Below are positions 55,394 to 64,000 of a DNA stretch of 64,000 bases, one piece after another. Made by a program: the position numbers and the translations under genes. Source of the stretch: a virus; the IMG/VR virus record IMGVR_UViG_3300029908_000007, positions 32,001-96,000 of that record; one strand, given 5' to 3'. The first letter of the stretch is position 1. Every line of letters begins with the position of its first letter. The notes beneath the pieces are model-generated. The model was not told the DNA's origin. It searched no databases and worked only from the letters and a program-made list of their open reading frames with translations.

Positions 55394-56443
55394 ATGGCTA
55401 ATAAATGGTTAAAAGAATTAAGGGCTTACGACGATACCGTAAAATACGACTACGACAGTTTTGCGCCAGAAAATTGTCTTTACACACCAAGTCCTTATTT
55501 CAATTGGATCTTCGCTAATAAAGCAAACGGCGCACCAAAGAACAGCTCCATTCTTTTCTTCTCCGAACCCAAGGCTGGTAAGTCTCTATCGATTTACGCT
55601 ATTATCAAAGAAATGCAGGCTCGTGACCCCGAAGGCATTAGTATCTATTTCAATACCGAGTGTCGTGGTCAGCTTCAGTTCGAAGCAATTCCTGGAATCG
55701 ATCAAGACCGTTCTATTATTTACGACACCAATCAAGCTACGGAGATCTTCGATCGTATAGAAAACGATATCAAAGCCATGGTACAGGACGGCATGCCACT
55801 CAGAATTATCGCCATCGATTCCTTGAATGGTATTATGGGGACCAAGCGCGGCGATACAGACTCTGTAGCCAATCATTTGATGGGTGATCAAGCGCTTACG
55901 CTTAAGAATGGTCTAAGTAAGCTAATCCCTTTCTGTAAGCGCAATGGTATTCTTCTTATTGGGACTGCGCAAATGGCTGCCAATCTAGATGCGGGCTCCT
56001 ACGGACCCAAGGAAAAAATGAGCGCGTCGTGGTATACCAAACATGCTTTTGAGTACTATATTTCCTTGAAACGCGCAGGCGCCGCAGAAGATAAACAGGA
56101 TATCGCCGGTAAGACTTTCGAAGAAGACGAATTTAAAGATGCCCGTGGAAACAAACTTCTAAACGCCCACAAAGTATATGTCAAAATGGAGCAATCCTCG
56201 ATCGGGCAAGCCGGTCGGGCAGGTGTTTTTACTTTGAGTTACGACCAGGGAATCATCAATCAAAACGAAGAAATTTTCTGGCTTGGCAAAAATCTAGGTA
56301 TTATTACAACTCCAAATAACAGAACCTACACTTTCGCCGGACAATCATTCAATGGTAAAAAGGAATGCGCTAATGCTATCAAGGATGACCCCAAACTTGC
56401 TGCCGCTATCTTAGAAGAAGTTCGTAGGCTCGACAATAAGTGA
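55394..56443 (+). CDS. RecA/UvsX-like recombinase
   Basis: TPSPYFNW, SEPKAGKS, YFNTE, IAIDSL, MGDQA. Confidence 0.85.
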   Translation: MANKWLKELRAYDDTVKYDYDSFAPENCLYTPSPYFNWIFANKANGAPKNSSILFFSEPKAGKSLSIYAIIKEMQARDPEGISIYFNTECRGQLQFEAIPGIDQDRSIIYDTNQATEIFDRIENDIKAMVQDGMPLRIIAIDSLNGIMGTKRGDTDSVANHLMGDQALTLKNGLSKLIPFCKRNGILLIGTAQMAANLDAGSYGPKEKMSASWYTKHAFEYYISLKRAGAAEDKQDIAGKTFEEDEFKDARGNKLLNAHKVYVKMEQSSIGQAGRAGVFTLSYDQGIINQNEEIFWLGKNLGIITTPNNRTYTFAGQSFNGKKECANAIKDDPKLAAAILEEVRRLDNK

Positions 56444-57345
56444 TACCAAAGGCACAAATGAAATTACCCGACATTCATAAGCGGATTTCGCATAAAAACG
56501 AGTTCGAACTCTGTTTTCTTAGACATCAATACCTGCGTCGTATAAAGCATAACGCCACCAGAGAGGAAATGGAGCCATATCTTAAGATCGTCGATAACTT
56601 CGGGAAGAACACTTATTATACTTACAAAAATCTATTTCTTTTGGTTGGCATGGACTTCGAAGACGTACTCAACATTACCCAGGTATATCTCGCCACTTAT
56701 ATTGGATTATTCGCCTTAGAAAGAAATCCGGATAAGCTCAGAGAATTTAAAGCGGCTTTCAAAAATCGAAACAGTATTCGTTGCTCAAAAGAAAATATTT
56801 TGGATAAGAATAAGGCAAACTTCACCTGCTTCCTTAAGCAACGCCTGCAAGACTTGGTCCGCGTCTGCCGTCAAAAAGCCAAGAATATTAAGGGGATTGT
56901 CGCCGAAGAATTTTTGGTCTTTACGGGAACCAAAGCCCCTCCAGTTGACATCGAAGAGCTGTTGGAAAGCCACGACAGGTACGGCTATCGCCCACTGGAC
57001 ACCAACGTGTTCAAAACCATTAAGAAGAAAATTATGGGCCAGGAAGGTCCGGTATACACATTTAATAAAAACTGGTATGTTTGTGTGCCAATTCGAAAAA
57101 AGGCCTTGACCTTAACCGACTTCGTGTGTAATAATTATGATCCAAGGGAGAACCTTTGCAACATGACACCCGAAGAGTACCTGGACGTAAAAGATGAAGC
57201 CGTGCGGTCTCGCGAATTCCAAGAGTCTTCCGCAGAAGATAAAGCCGAAGTCATCAGAACGTTTTTAGTTAAAAACGAAGAAAATCCAGAGTTTGAAGAA
57301 GAAGTTCGGATTGCTCAAAAGTTTCTCAAGAATTTAGGGGTTTAG
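56440..57345 (+). CDS. Hypothetical protein, possibly a second divergent sigma-like factor
   Basis: GMDFEDVLNI..VY...NFTCFLKQRL resembles sigma region 2. Confidence 0.4.
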   Translation: MIPKAQMKLPDIHKRISHKNEFELCFLRHQYLRRIKHNATREEMEPYLKIVDNFGKNTYYTYKNLFLLVGMDFEDVLNITQVYLATYIGLFALERNPDKLREFKAAFKNRNSIRCSKENILDKNKANFTCFLKQRLQDLVRVCRQKAKNIKGIVAEEFLVFTGTKAPPVDIEELLESHDRYGYRPLDTNVFKTIKKKIMGQEGPVYTFNKNWYVCVPIRKKALTLTDFVCNNYDPRENLCNMTPEEYLDVKDEAVRSREFQESSAEDKAEVIRTFLVKNEENPEFEEEVRIAQKFLKNLGV

Positions 57346-57927
57346 ATGGAAGCCAATGTAAGTTTCGAAGAAGTCGTCCGTGCATGGCTACTTGAGTACG
57401 ACGACCGCTTGCCAAATGACAAAAAAGATCGTATAGAAGCGTTTATAGTGCTTTTGGGCAACCTTGCCGAGTACGGTTTTAAAAAAGAAGACATCACTAA
57501 TACCAGAAAAGAAAAGATCGTTCGCAGCTGTGTCAATCCCAATCACCATAAGAGCAAATTGAAGATATGGGTTTCCATGGTAGTCCAGGCTTTTGAAGCC
57601 GCAGTCCTTATTTACTACGGCACGGTTAAGATCAAAAAAGACGTCGTGACCCCAGAAATGGCAGCTAAGATCGACTCCATCGGTCAGAAAGCCGAAGAAG
57701 GTAGGGAACTTAGAAGCCCTTCAGCTAGTCACGACGACAACCACGACCCCGACGCTCCCTTAAACCTAGAAGGCGATCCTATTGACATCGACATAGCCGT
57801 AAGACAGGCTGTTAGGAATCCCGGAGACGCGCCGGAATTTGAGATCACCGACGCCATGCTAGACGGGATGGACGGTCCTGAGATCGTCTGGGACGCTGAT
57901 TTTAACAAGAAACTGGGCATCGAATGA
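57346..57927 (+). CDS. Hypothetical protein
   Basis: Operon packing; acidic C-terminus. Confidence 0.6.
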   Translation: MEANVSFEEVVRAWLLEYDDRLPNDKKDRIEAFIVLLGNLAEYGFKKEDITNTRKEKIVRSCVNPNHHKSKLKIWVSMVVQAFEAAVLIYYGTVKIKKDVVTPEMAAKIDSIGQKAEEGRELRSPSASHDDNHDPDAPLNLEGDPIDIDIAVRQAVRNPGDAPEFEITDAMLDGMDGPEIVWDADFNKKLGIE

Positions 57928-59078
57928 GCGAAGCCGTTAAAAAGTTCCAAGAAGCGCTGGAAAAAGATCAAGCGTATGAAAAGGAACTCAATAAAAAGAA
58001 AAAAGAAGTCCAAGAAAAGCGACTTCTGGTGGATGAGTTCAAGCTCACCAATGAATTGGAGCGCATTACTCAAAACAAATCCGACATGGCTAAAGCTAAG
58101 AATGTCAACGTCGGTATTATGAGTGAAGAAGAAATCGCTGACACGCAGGCCAAAAATAGAGCCTATTTAGAGGGCGCTAAAAACGGCATGTTATTTTTAA
58201 ATGAAAGTTTTAGGAAGTACATCCCGCTATGGGCTGGTAATATCGTTTTAATCGGTGCCAGAACCGGTTCTGGTAAGAGTAGTGCGGCTGCTAATCTGAT
58301 CCTAACAACTATGACGCAAAAGCATCCGGAAACCGGAGAGAATCGTAAAATATTAACTATTAGCTGTGAAGAAACCCCTCTACAAGTCTATAACCGTCTA
58401 ACCTGTTTGGTTAAGGGCTACGACTACAGCGATCAAGACACCTATACCGATCAGCAAAAACAGGATCTTGTGGATTTCAGTGGTAAATGGCCAAGGCTCG
58501 GTATCAGCGTCATCGGAGAGGATGGTAGAGGTCGTACCGACAGCGTGGAAGGTATTCGTAGTATTTTTGAAGCTCTGGTCTCTAGCGGAACCCAATACGA
58601 TTTAATTATCATCGACTACATTCAGAAAATCATCAATAGTAAAAGCAATCCCAGCGCAAAACCTTACGATGTCCTTAAAGAAGTGATGAGCGTTCTTGAC
58701 CATTACAAAAACATATATCCGGCTTGTATAGTTGTGATGAGTCAGCTGAGTTCTCAGAAATCCGGCGATCCCGAAAACGAACTAGATTTTCAAGACCGCC
58801 TGAGAGGATCCAGAGATATTATCACACCGTGTACAGTGGCCATGGAAATGGTTCCCGACTTTCAAAAACTCAAGACTCGTTGGCATATCAGAAAAAACAG
58901 ATATAAGGGTAGTGTTGTTGGCGGTTACATTGATACCGCCTACGATAAAGGCCGTTTTAAGCCCCTAACCCCAGCATGGGAAAAGATGGTGGCTGAGAGA
59001 AATGAAGCCAAAGAACGTGCCGATAGTGTTGGTAAATACGAAAACAAAAAGGGAGATGAAAATGGACAGAAAAACTAG
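57924..59078 (+). CDS. DnaB-like replicative helicase
   Basis: GARTGSGKS, SCEE, IIIDYIQ, MSQL, LRGS, KNRY. Confidence 0.9.
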   Translation: MSEAVKKFQEALEKDQAYEKELNKKKKEVQEKRLLVDEFKLTNELERITQNKSDMAKAKNVNVGIMSEEEIADTQAKNRAYLEGAKNGMLFLNESFRKYIPLWAGNIVLIGARTGSGKSSAAANLILTTMTQKHPETGENRKILTISCEETPLQVYNRLTCLVKGYDYSDQDTYTDQQKQDLVDFSGKWPRLGISVIGEDGRGRTDSVEGIRSIFEALVSSGTQYDLIIIDYIQKIINSKSNPSAKPYDVLKEVMSVLDHYKNIYPACIVVMSQLSSQKSGDPENELDFQDRLRGSRDIITPCTVAMEMVPDFQKLKTRWHIRKNRYKGSVVGGYIDTAYDKGRFKPLTPAWEKMVAERNEAKERADSVGKYENKKGDENGQKN

Positions 59079-59436
59079 GGAAGAATTGAGTCAGTTGTCA
59101 ACGCAGGTATTTGGTAGCAGTTCGAAATGGCAGAAATTTGTCGAAGACGGCGAAATGGTGCCAGTTATGGAAACCGTCAAAGTTTTAGACGGCGCCACCA
59201 AGGAAACCAAAGAAGAACAACGCCAGGTCATGCACATGGGCAAGAATGGTGCCGAAGTACCAAAATTTGAGATCAAACACTACACCGCTGAAACCATTCG
59301 AGAACGGATGATTACGATTAAGACCCAAAAAAAACAGGTCCAGGCTCTGATTGAGAAATTACAAAAAGAAGAAGCTGATAAGAAAGCCGCTATCGAAGCC
59401 GTAACCGCTCAATCCGGCAGTGCAAATATCGCTTGA
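59062..59436 (+). CDS. Hypothetical protein
   Basis: GGGAG RBS. Confidence 0.6.
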   Translation: MDRKTREELSQLSTQVFGSSSKWQKFVEDGEMVPVMETVKVLDGATKETKEEQRQVMHMGKNGAEVPKFEIKHYTAETIRERMITIKTQKKQVQALIEKLQKEEADKKAAIEAVTAQSGSANIA

Positions 59437-59461
59437 CTTTTACATACAGTGGGTTTAGGAT
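59433..59461 (+). promoter_or_regulatory. sigma70-like promoter
   Basis: TTGACT-N17-TAGGAT. Confidence 0.5.
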
Positions 59462-59467
59462 GGGATT

Positions 59468-60328
59468 ATGAAGGATTTGAAATCCCTCCTAGTACTACTA
59501 TTTAACGAAGGCGAAGAATGTTGTCCGGCTCCAGGACCTCAAGCGTACCATTCAATTACTTTGCCAACTATGTTGTCAGGCGAATTCACATTGGTTAGTA
59601 ATAATCCCAATGTTCCCATAAAAATAGTTGGGTCTGAAACCCTTACTCACTTGGCCATCAACCCCGTCAAAGGACCTAGAAACGATGACAACGTAACCGC
59701 ATACCGTACTTTTATGTGGGAAATCGATGTCGGCAAACTCAGCGCTCAACTAGAATACTTTAAGAAAATAGGTATGCCCTATAGTGCTGCCATTTATAGT
59801 GGTGGCAAATCTATACATTTCTTAACAGTTCTGGACCAAGACATAGATAAGAAGAGTTACCACTATTTTTACGCTTGGGCTCTTAAGGTGTTGACATTAT
59901 GTGACGATAGCTGCAAGAATCCAACCAGGTGTGTTAGGATTCCCGGAGCCATCAGGCCGGATACGGGTAAGAAGCAGAGATTGGTAGAACTACATGGTAG
60001 GGTTAGATTTGAGGATTTCCAAACTTGGTTTGAAGCTCACGAGGATTCTAGACCCCAGATCCGTGAGAAAAGAAAAAGCTTGACAGGCGATGGGGACTAT
60101 GATAAGTTATCAGGGTGGGCGAAAAAGCAGTTAAAAGATGGAATCGATTTTAGTAAAGGTAGGAATAGAACATGGTTCGCTCTGTTTGTAGATCTGGCTC
60201 AGAGCGGTTATACTGAGGAAGAAGCGGAAGGGATTTTGCGACCCTACTATCAGGAAGAACACGATTTTAAGGAACGCGAGTGGCTGGCCTGTATAAAGAG
60301 TGGTTTTAAATACGCGGAAGGAAAATGA
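59468..60328 (+). CDS. Archaeo-eukaryotic-type primase (RepB/PrimPol-like) with PriCT-like C-terminus
   Basis: WEID, YSGGKSIHF, D..CKNPTR.VRIPG, GRN..WF. Confidence 0.8.
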   Translation: MKDLKSLLVLLFNEGEECCPAPGPQAYHSITLPTMLSGEFTLVSNNPNVPIKIVGSETLTHLAINPVKGPRNDDNVTAYRTFMWEIDVGKLSAQLEYFKKIGMPYSAAIYSGGKSIHFLTVLDQDIDKKSYHYFYAWALKVLTLCDDSCKNPTRCVRIPGAIRPDTGKKQRLVELHGRVRFEDFQTWFEAHEDSRPQIREKRKSLTGDGDYDKLSGWAKKQLKDGIDFSKGRNRTWFALFVDLAQSGYTEEEAEGILRPYYQEEHDFKEREWLACIKSGFKYAEGK

Positions 60329-60868
60329 ATGATAAGGGATAAAGAACTCGAAAGACTAATAAGTTACGCCAAGGGCTTAGGTCTTAAGGTTACTTTTTCC
60401 AATAAAGACTATGGAGCTTCCGCCCTTTGGTCTCTGGATAATTCTGAAATTACAATTTGTAAAAATAAAAATAAATCAAAAATAGAGACAATTCTTAGCA
60501 TAATCCACGAGTTAGGACATTCTTTACACAATACCCATGAGCAGAATCGAAAAATTGACACAAAACTAGAAGAGGCCTTGAACCATATCGAGGACGCCGA
60601 AGAATTTAATATAGAGTCTAAAAAGAGACAGCGCAAGATCAGTTTGGATTGCGAAATCGCGGGAACCAAATACTGGCATGTGATTTACAAAGACACAAAT
60701 ATGAATTTCCCTATTTGGAGACTCGAAGCCGCTATGGAATTTGATCTCTACCAATATGAGTATTTTTACGAAAACGATCGCTGGCCCTCTTTTAAAGAAA
60801 AGTCTAAAAAGAAAAAAGAGATCAAAAAAAAACACAGAGGTAGGCTAGTCAGGGTAAAGAAGGATTAA
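60329..60868 (+). CDS. HExxH Zn metallopeptidase-like protein
   Basis: IIHELGH...CEIAG. Confidence 0.6.
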   Translation: MIRDKELERLISYAKGLGLKVTFSNKDYGASALWSLDNSEITICKNKNKSKIETILSIIHELGHSLHNTHEQNRKIDTKLEEALNHIEDAEEFNIESKKRQRKISLDCEIAGTKYWHVIYKDTNMNFPIWRLEAAMEFDLYQYEYFYENDRWPSFKEKSKKKKEIKKKHRGRLVRVKKD

Positions 60869-61323
60869 TGGATTTATCAGCCTATACCTTAATGCCTGAG
60901 CCTAACAGCACGTACCTCTACAACACCCATACCATACCGGTCCAGGAACCCCTGAGCGGCTCTACGATGGGCCTAATGATGCTTCTATCTAGTCTACAGT
61001 ACCAAGCCCCCTATGTTCCGAGTCAATACCAGCAGGCGGCTAGTCAGGCAGGGAAGGCGGCCTTTATAGACGTAGGGGGACAAGCAACTCAAGATCAAGC
61101 CAATGCGGCTATAGGCAAGATGGGTAAACAAGCTTCAGATACGGCTTTAGGGATCGTCCATTCGATAGGGATCACCGATACAGAGCTTGGAGCTAGCTAT
61201 ATGGTCTATAAAGTCTTAAACGATCGTAAAATCGATCTGAGTATGATTAAAATAGGTGGGGTACGATTTAACTTGACATTGGATCCACAAGATGTTAGCG
61301 TCGGTCTTAACTATGGCTGGTGA
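60868..61323 (+). CDS. Hypothetical protein
   Basis: TAATG coupling; ends VSVGLNYGW. Confidence 0.55.
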   Translation: MDLSAYTLMPEPNSTYLYNTHTIPVQEPLSGSTMGLMMLLSSLQYQAPYVPSQYQQAASQAGKAAFIDVGGQATQDQANAAIGKMGKQASDTALGIVHSIGITDTELGASYMVYKVLNDRKIDLSMIKIGGVRFNLTLDPQDVSVGLNYGW

Positions 61324-61969
61324 AGAAAAGACTGACAGTATGGTAGTCGAAGAGAAAGCGGTGGCTGAAGAGCCTAAGATCGCTCGATTTACCGAGTTCG
61401 AAACTAAATATAGTTCGGACATCGCCATGCTATCTGCTTTTAAGGCCATCGTGGAAGTTCTGCCTGGTCTATTAGAATTCACTTATGCTGAAGGTCCGGA
61501 TACTTATTTGACAAAACCAGACGGATCTTTTGGCCGGTATCGGGCTGCCAAATATCCCCACGGAACCCAATATGCGCAGTGGACGCTAAAATTCAAACCA
61601 GTGGGAGCCAAAAACAACATCTCTAGATTAGAATACAACTGGCGTGTGGATGGAACTCCGGCCCAGGAGATCCTAGATGGCGCGGAGGCTATGGGGTTTT
61701 CGTTCAATTTTAAAATAAATAAGGGGTGCCACATCTACCGATTCCCAGAATGTACACTCGTTTTTTATTCTGTAAAAGAAGAAGGTAAGACCGAAGAAGA
61801 CTATTTCATAGAGATCGAAATAACAGAACAGACTGTCCATGAGCTTACCGAAGAACAAGCCTGGGAAATCATTAGAAAATATGAGAAGATCTTAGAACCA
61901 GTTGGGGTTAATGCGCAGAAGCGAATGCGTAGAAGTCTGTTCGAGATGTATAGGAAAGATCTCAAATGA
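61313..61969 (+). CDS. CYTH (triphosphate tunnel metalloenzyme; CyaB-like) protein
   Basis: EFETK (ExExK), DTYL, RYR, TLK.K, RLEYN, FIEIE. Confidence 0.8.
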   Translation: MAGEEKTDSMVVEEKAVAEEPKIARFTEFETKYSSDIAMLSAFKAIVEVLPGLLEFTYAEGPDTYLTKPDGSFGRYRAAKYPHGTQYAQWTLKFKPVGAKNNISRLEYNWRVDGTPAQEILDGAEAMGFSFNFKINKGCHIYRFPECTLVFYSVKEEGKTEEDYFIEIEITEQTVHELTEEQAWEIIRKYEKILEPVGVNAQKRMRRSLFEMYRKDLK

Positions 61970-62505
61970 AAGAGATTCAACTAACACAGGGAAAAGTAGC
62001 GCTAGTAGACGATGAGGATTATGAAGAACTCTCCAAGATGAGTTGGCATGCTTGGTATAATAAAAATAATAATAGTTTTTACACTCATCATTCTGTCTAC
62101 AACGGTAGCGGCAAAAATCCAAGTGTAATCAGAATGCATCGTCACATTTTAGGAATAAAAGATAATAAAGTACACGTAGACCACATAAATGGAAATACTT
62201 TAGACAATAGAAGATGCAATCTAAGGCCGGTAAATAGATCCCAAAATACTACAAATGCAACTAAAGTCAGAAGAGACAATAAATCTGGGTTTAGAGGTGT
62301 GGGGGAATATTTTTACACTGGTGTCAAAAAATGGACAGCTAAGTTAAAAAAAGATGGGAAGGTTATTAGATTGGGATACTTCGACTCCCCAGAAGAAGCT
62401 GCACGCGCTTTCGACAAAGCAGCAAAAGAGCTATATGGAGAATATTGCGGCAAACTTAATTTTGAAGAGGTTCATAAAAACTTGGAACATAAAAAGGAGA
62501 CCTAA
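61966..62505 (+). CDS. HNH-AP2 homing endonuclease
   Basis: ALVDDED, MHRHIL, VDHINGNTLDNRRCNLR, SGFRGV...KW.A...LGYF...EAARAFD. Confidence 0.9.
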   Translation: MKEIQLTQGKVALVDDEDYEELSKMSWHAWYNKNNNSFYTHHSVYNGSGKNPSVIRMHRHILGIKDNKVHVDHINGNTLDNRRCNLRPVNRSQNTTNATKVRRDNKSGFRGVGEYFYTGVKKWTAKLKKDGKVIRLGYFDSPEEAARAFDKAAKELYGEYCGKLNFEEVHKNLEHKKET

Positions 62506-62506
62506 T

Positions 62507-62773
62507 ACGCCATACATCAAAACCGAAGAAAGAAACAAGTGGAAAAATGGAATCGCAGAACTGGTAATGGCTATGCATGATCACGGAATCACGCCAGGCG
62601 ACCTTAATTATATTTACACCAAACTTGCCCATCATTACATTCAGCGTAAGGGACTTAATTATACCCATTTGAACGACATCGTAGGTGTTTTTGAATCAGC
62701 GAAGGCTGAATTCCAACGACGTGTCGTGAATCCCTACGAAATTTCGAAGATTGAAGAAAATGGTGATTTGTGA
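62507..62773 (+). CDS. Conserved phage protein (MPYIK...GxLNY...YE..KIEENGD family) with apparent ACG start
   Basis: AAGGAG-N7-ACG CCA TAC ATC AAA; PGDLNY...EFQRRVVNPYE.SKIEENGDL. Confidence 0.6.
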   Translation, partial: TPYIKTEERNKWKNGIAELVMAMHDHGITPGDLNYIYTKLAHHYIQRKGLNYTHLNDIVGVFESAKAEFQRRVVNPYEISKIEENGDL

Positions 62774-63048
62774 CCGATTCCCCAACCGATATCTATGCTA
62801 TTAGTGCTAGAGTTATGAATGCCGCTAGGATGGCCGTTGGAGCCAACCTAACGCCTGCTGGGACAATGGTTTGCAACACTTTTTCTACAACGCTCAAAGA
62901 GTTTTATGATTTCGCCGAGAACCTAGAAGATGCTATGATTAGGAAGGATCTAAAAAATCTAATCAAAGCCCAAGAAGAAGCGCCAGCCAGACCTATAGTA
63001 GCTTTATGCGCTGGTATGAAAAAGAAATCTAGTGAAGATTCCCAATAG
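62770..63048 (+). CDS. Hypothetical protein
   Basis: GTGA coupling. Confidence 0.55.
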   Translation: MTDSPTDIYAISARVMNAARMAVGANLTPAGTMVCNTFSTTLKEFYDFAENLEDAMIRKDLKNLIKAQEEAPARPIVALCAGMKKKSSEDSQ

Positions 63049-63139
63049 CCCTGGCTATGTCTAAGATTCCGATGCCTACGACATACATAACAAAAAGAAG
63101 CATCCCCACTAAAATAGCAGCGGTAAGGCTATTTTTCAT
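63029..63139 (-). CDS. 36-aa single-transmembrane peptide
   Basis: TAATG-coupled to the C1q ORF; MKNSLTAAILVGMLLFVMYVVGIGILDIARAIGNLH. Confidence 0.45.
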   Translation of the reverse strand: MKNSLTAAILVGMLLFVMYVVGIGILDIARAIGNLH

Positions 63140-63549
63140 TAATTTCCAATTCTTTCGAAACTCATGTAATTGTCAGAAGTAGAAGCTCCAGTAGTTTGCC
63201 CTACACCACTTATACTAAATGCCCCGACGAAGTTCAAAGTATCCCCAGCATTACATTGGATGATTATAGATCCTCCCAATCGTACAGATACAGAGGAGCT
63301 GGAAACTCCTACATGAGTATCCAATTCAGTATCTACTCCTCCATTGCGGTACACAGAGAGGGTTGATTGAGAACCAGGTATATCTGTTACGTTGAATATG
63401 AAGTTAGCCGTTGCCCTATATTTACCGCTCACTGGAACAGTGTATAATCCCGTTGAAGTATTATATGCGTTGTGGGTATCAAACACTTTCGTAGGCAAAA
63501 TAACTGTTGATCCAGCTGGTGGAAAAGTTACTCCAGAAGCACTGGTAGA
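63139..63549 (-). pseudogene. Orphan C1q/TNF-like tail-fibre tip domain with no convincing start
   Basis: STSASGVTF...VILPTKVFDTHNAYNTSTGLYTVPVSGKY...IQCNAGDTL...MSFERIGN; the frame opens right after a TGA inside the upstream ORF. Confidence 0.55.
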
Positions 63550-63776
63550 TCAGGCATTCCTGGAGCCATAAGAGGGGCAGCTTCAGGATTTGGTGAGTTG
63601 GGCATTGCTACATTTGCGTTGTGGATTTTTGGCATTGCAATTTTTGGCGCCCCGCCTGCTAAATTGTGGGGTACACTACCGGCAAGTTTCGGCGCAGTTA
63701 CGTTAGAATCAAGGGTACGCGTAGCCATTCGGCTTTTTAGGGCATTTAGGATATTGCCAAATTGATTATTTGCCAT
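63528..63776 (-). CDS. Hypothetical Pro/Ala-rich protein, possibly truncated
   Basis: ATG 1 nt after the upstream TAA; last codons overlap the C1q frame. Confidence 0.5.
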   Translation of the reverse strand: MANNQFGNILNALKSRMATRTLDSNVTAPKLAGSVPHNLAGGAPKIAMPKIHNANVAMPNSPNPEAAPLMAPGMPDLPVLLE

Positions 63777-63777
63777 A

Positions 63778-63954
63778 TTATTTTTTCTTTTCCTTCAACC
63801 ACTCTTTAACAGAAATCTTCTTTTTGGCTGCGCCCTGCATTGCTCGCTCTCCAAATTTATGACGACCTATGGCAGCCGCCGCAGCATTGGCCCCTTCTTT
63901 GCTATACCCACTCTTTTTTCTAATCGCTGCTGCTAATTTCTTAAATGCACTCAT
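63778..63954 (-). CDS. Small basic phage protein (58 aa, not in the ORF track)
   Basis: GGA RBS; MSAFKKLAAAIRKK...AAAIGRHKFG. Confidence 0.6.
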   Translation of the reverse strand: MSAFKKLAAAIRKKSGYSKEGANAAAAAIGRHKFGERAMQGAAKKKISVKEWLKEKKK

Positions 63955-64000
63955 TAAATCTCCATTTTCTGTGGCGTAACGCCGCTTAATTTCCCACTCT

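Noticed and set aside
1-64000. Stop-codon reassignment (alternative genetic code)
   Set aside because: Core genes (DnaE, TerL, portal, sheath) are full length in the standard code, and TAA, TAG and TGA all end genes at tight junctions
1-64000. tRNA/rRNA genes, group I/II introns, DGR or retron
   Set aside because: No cloverleaf with a T-loop seen in the few intergenic gaps, no split core genes around the endonucleases, and no reverse transcriptase; inspected by eye only
1-64000. Prophage or host chromosome boundary
   Set aside because: No integrase, att-like site or bacterial housekeeping operon; phage-type gene density throughout

Overview
The window is a gene-dense segment of a large lytic myovirus-type phage genome using the standard genetic code. 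About 1-20 kb (+) holds neck, head-cargo and tail genes (sheath, tube, prohead protease). About 20.5-29.4 kb (-) holds an endolysin, a MuF-like protein, portal and large terminase. About 29.4-63 kb (+) holds transcription, replication and recombination genes: SF2 helicase, sigma factor, SbcCD, RuvC, T5 A1-like protein, RNase H, DnaQ, DnaE, SSB, UvsY/RecA, DnaB and primase. Seven free-standing homing-endonuclease-like genes are interspersed. No major capsid gene, tRNA, CRISPR array or integrase was seen. Two signals stand out. (1) A candidate cyclic-nucleotide counter-defence toolkit: an mCpol (minimal CRISPR polymerase, Panoptes OptS-like) synthase with intact motifs in the virion cluster, a T4 Acb1-like 2H phosphoesterase, an Acb2/Tad1-like sponge and a CYTH enzyme. 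This suggests a phage that both removes immune signals and supplies its own decoy signal. (2) A recurrent [LMIFV]-x-K-[SA]-E peptide that punctuates head-cluster proteins at domain boundaries, suggesting protease-processed, capsid-packaged effector polyproteins (2H phosphoesterase, HDxxGH domain, ART-like domain, lytic transglycosylase). All family calls come from motif recognition by eye, not database searches.
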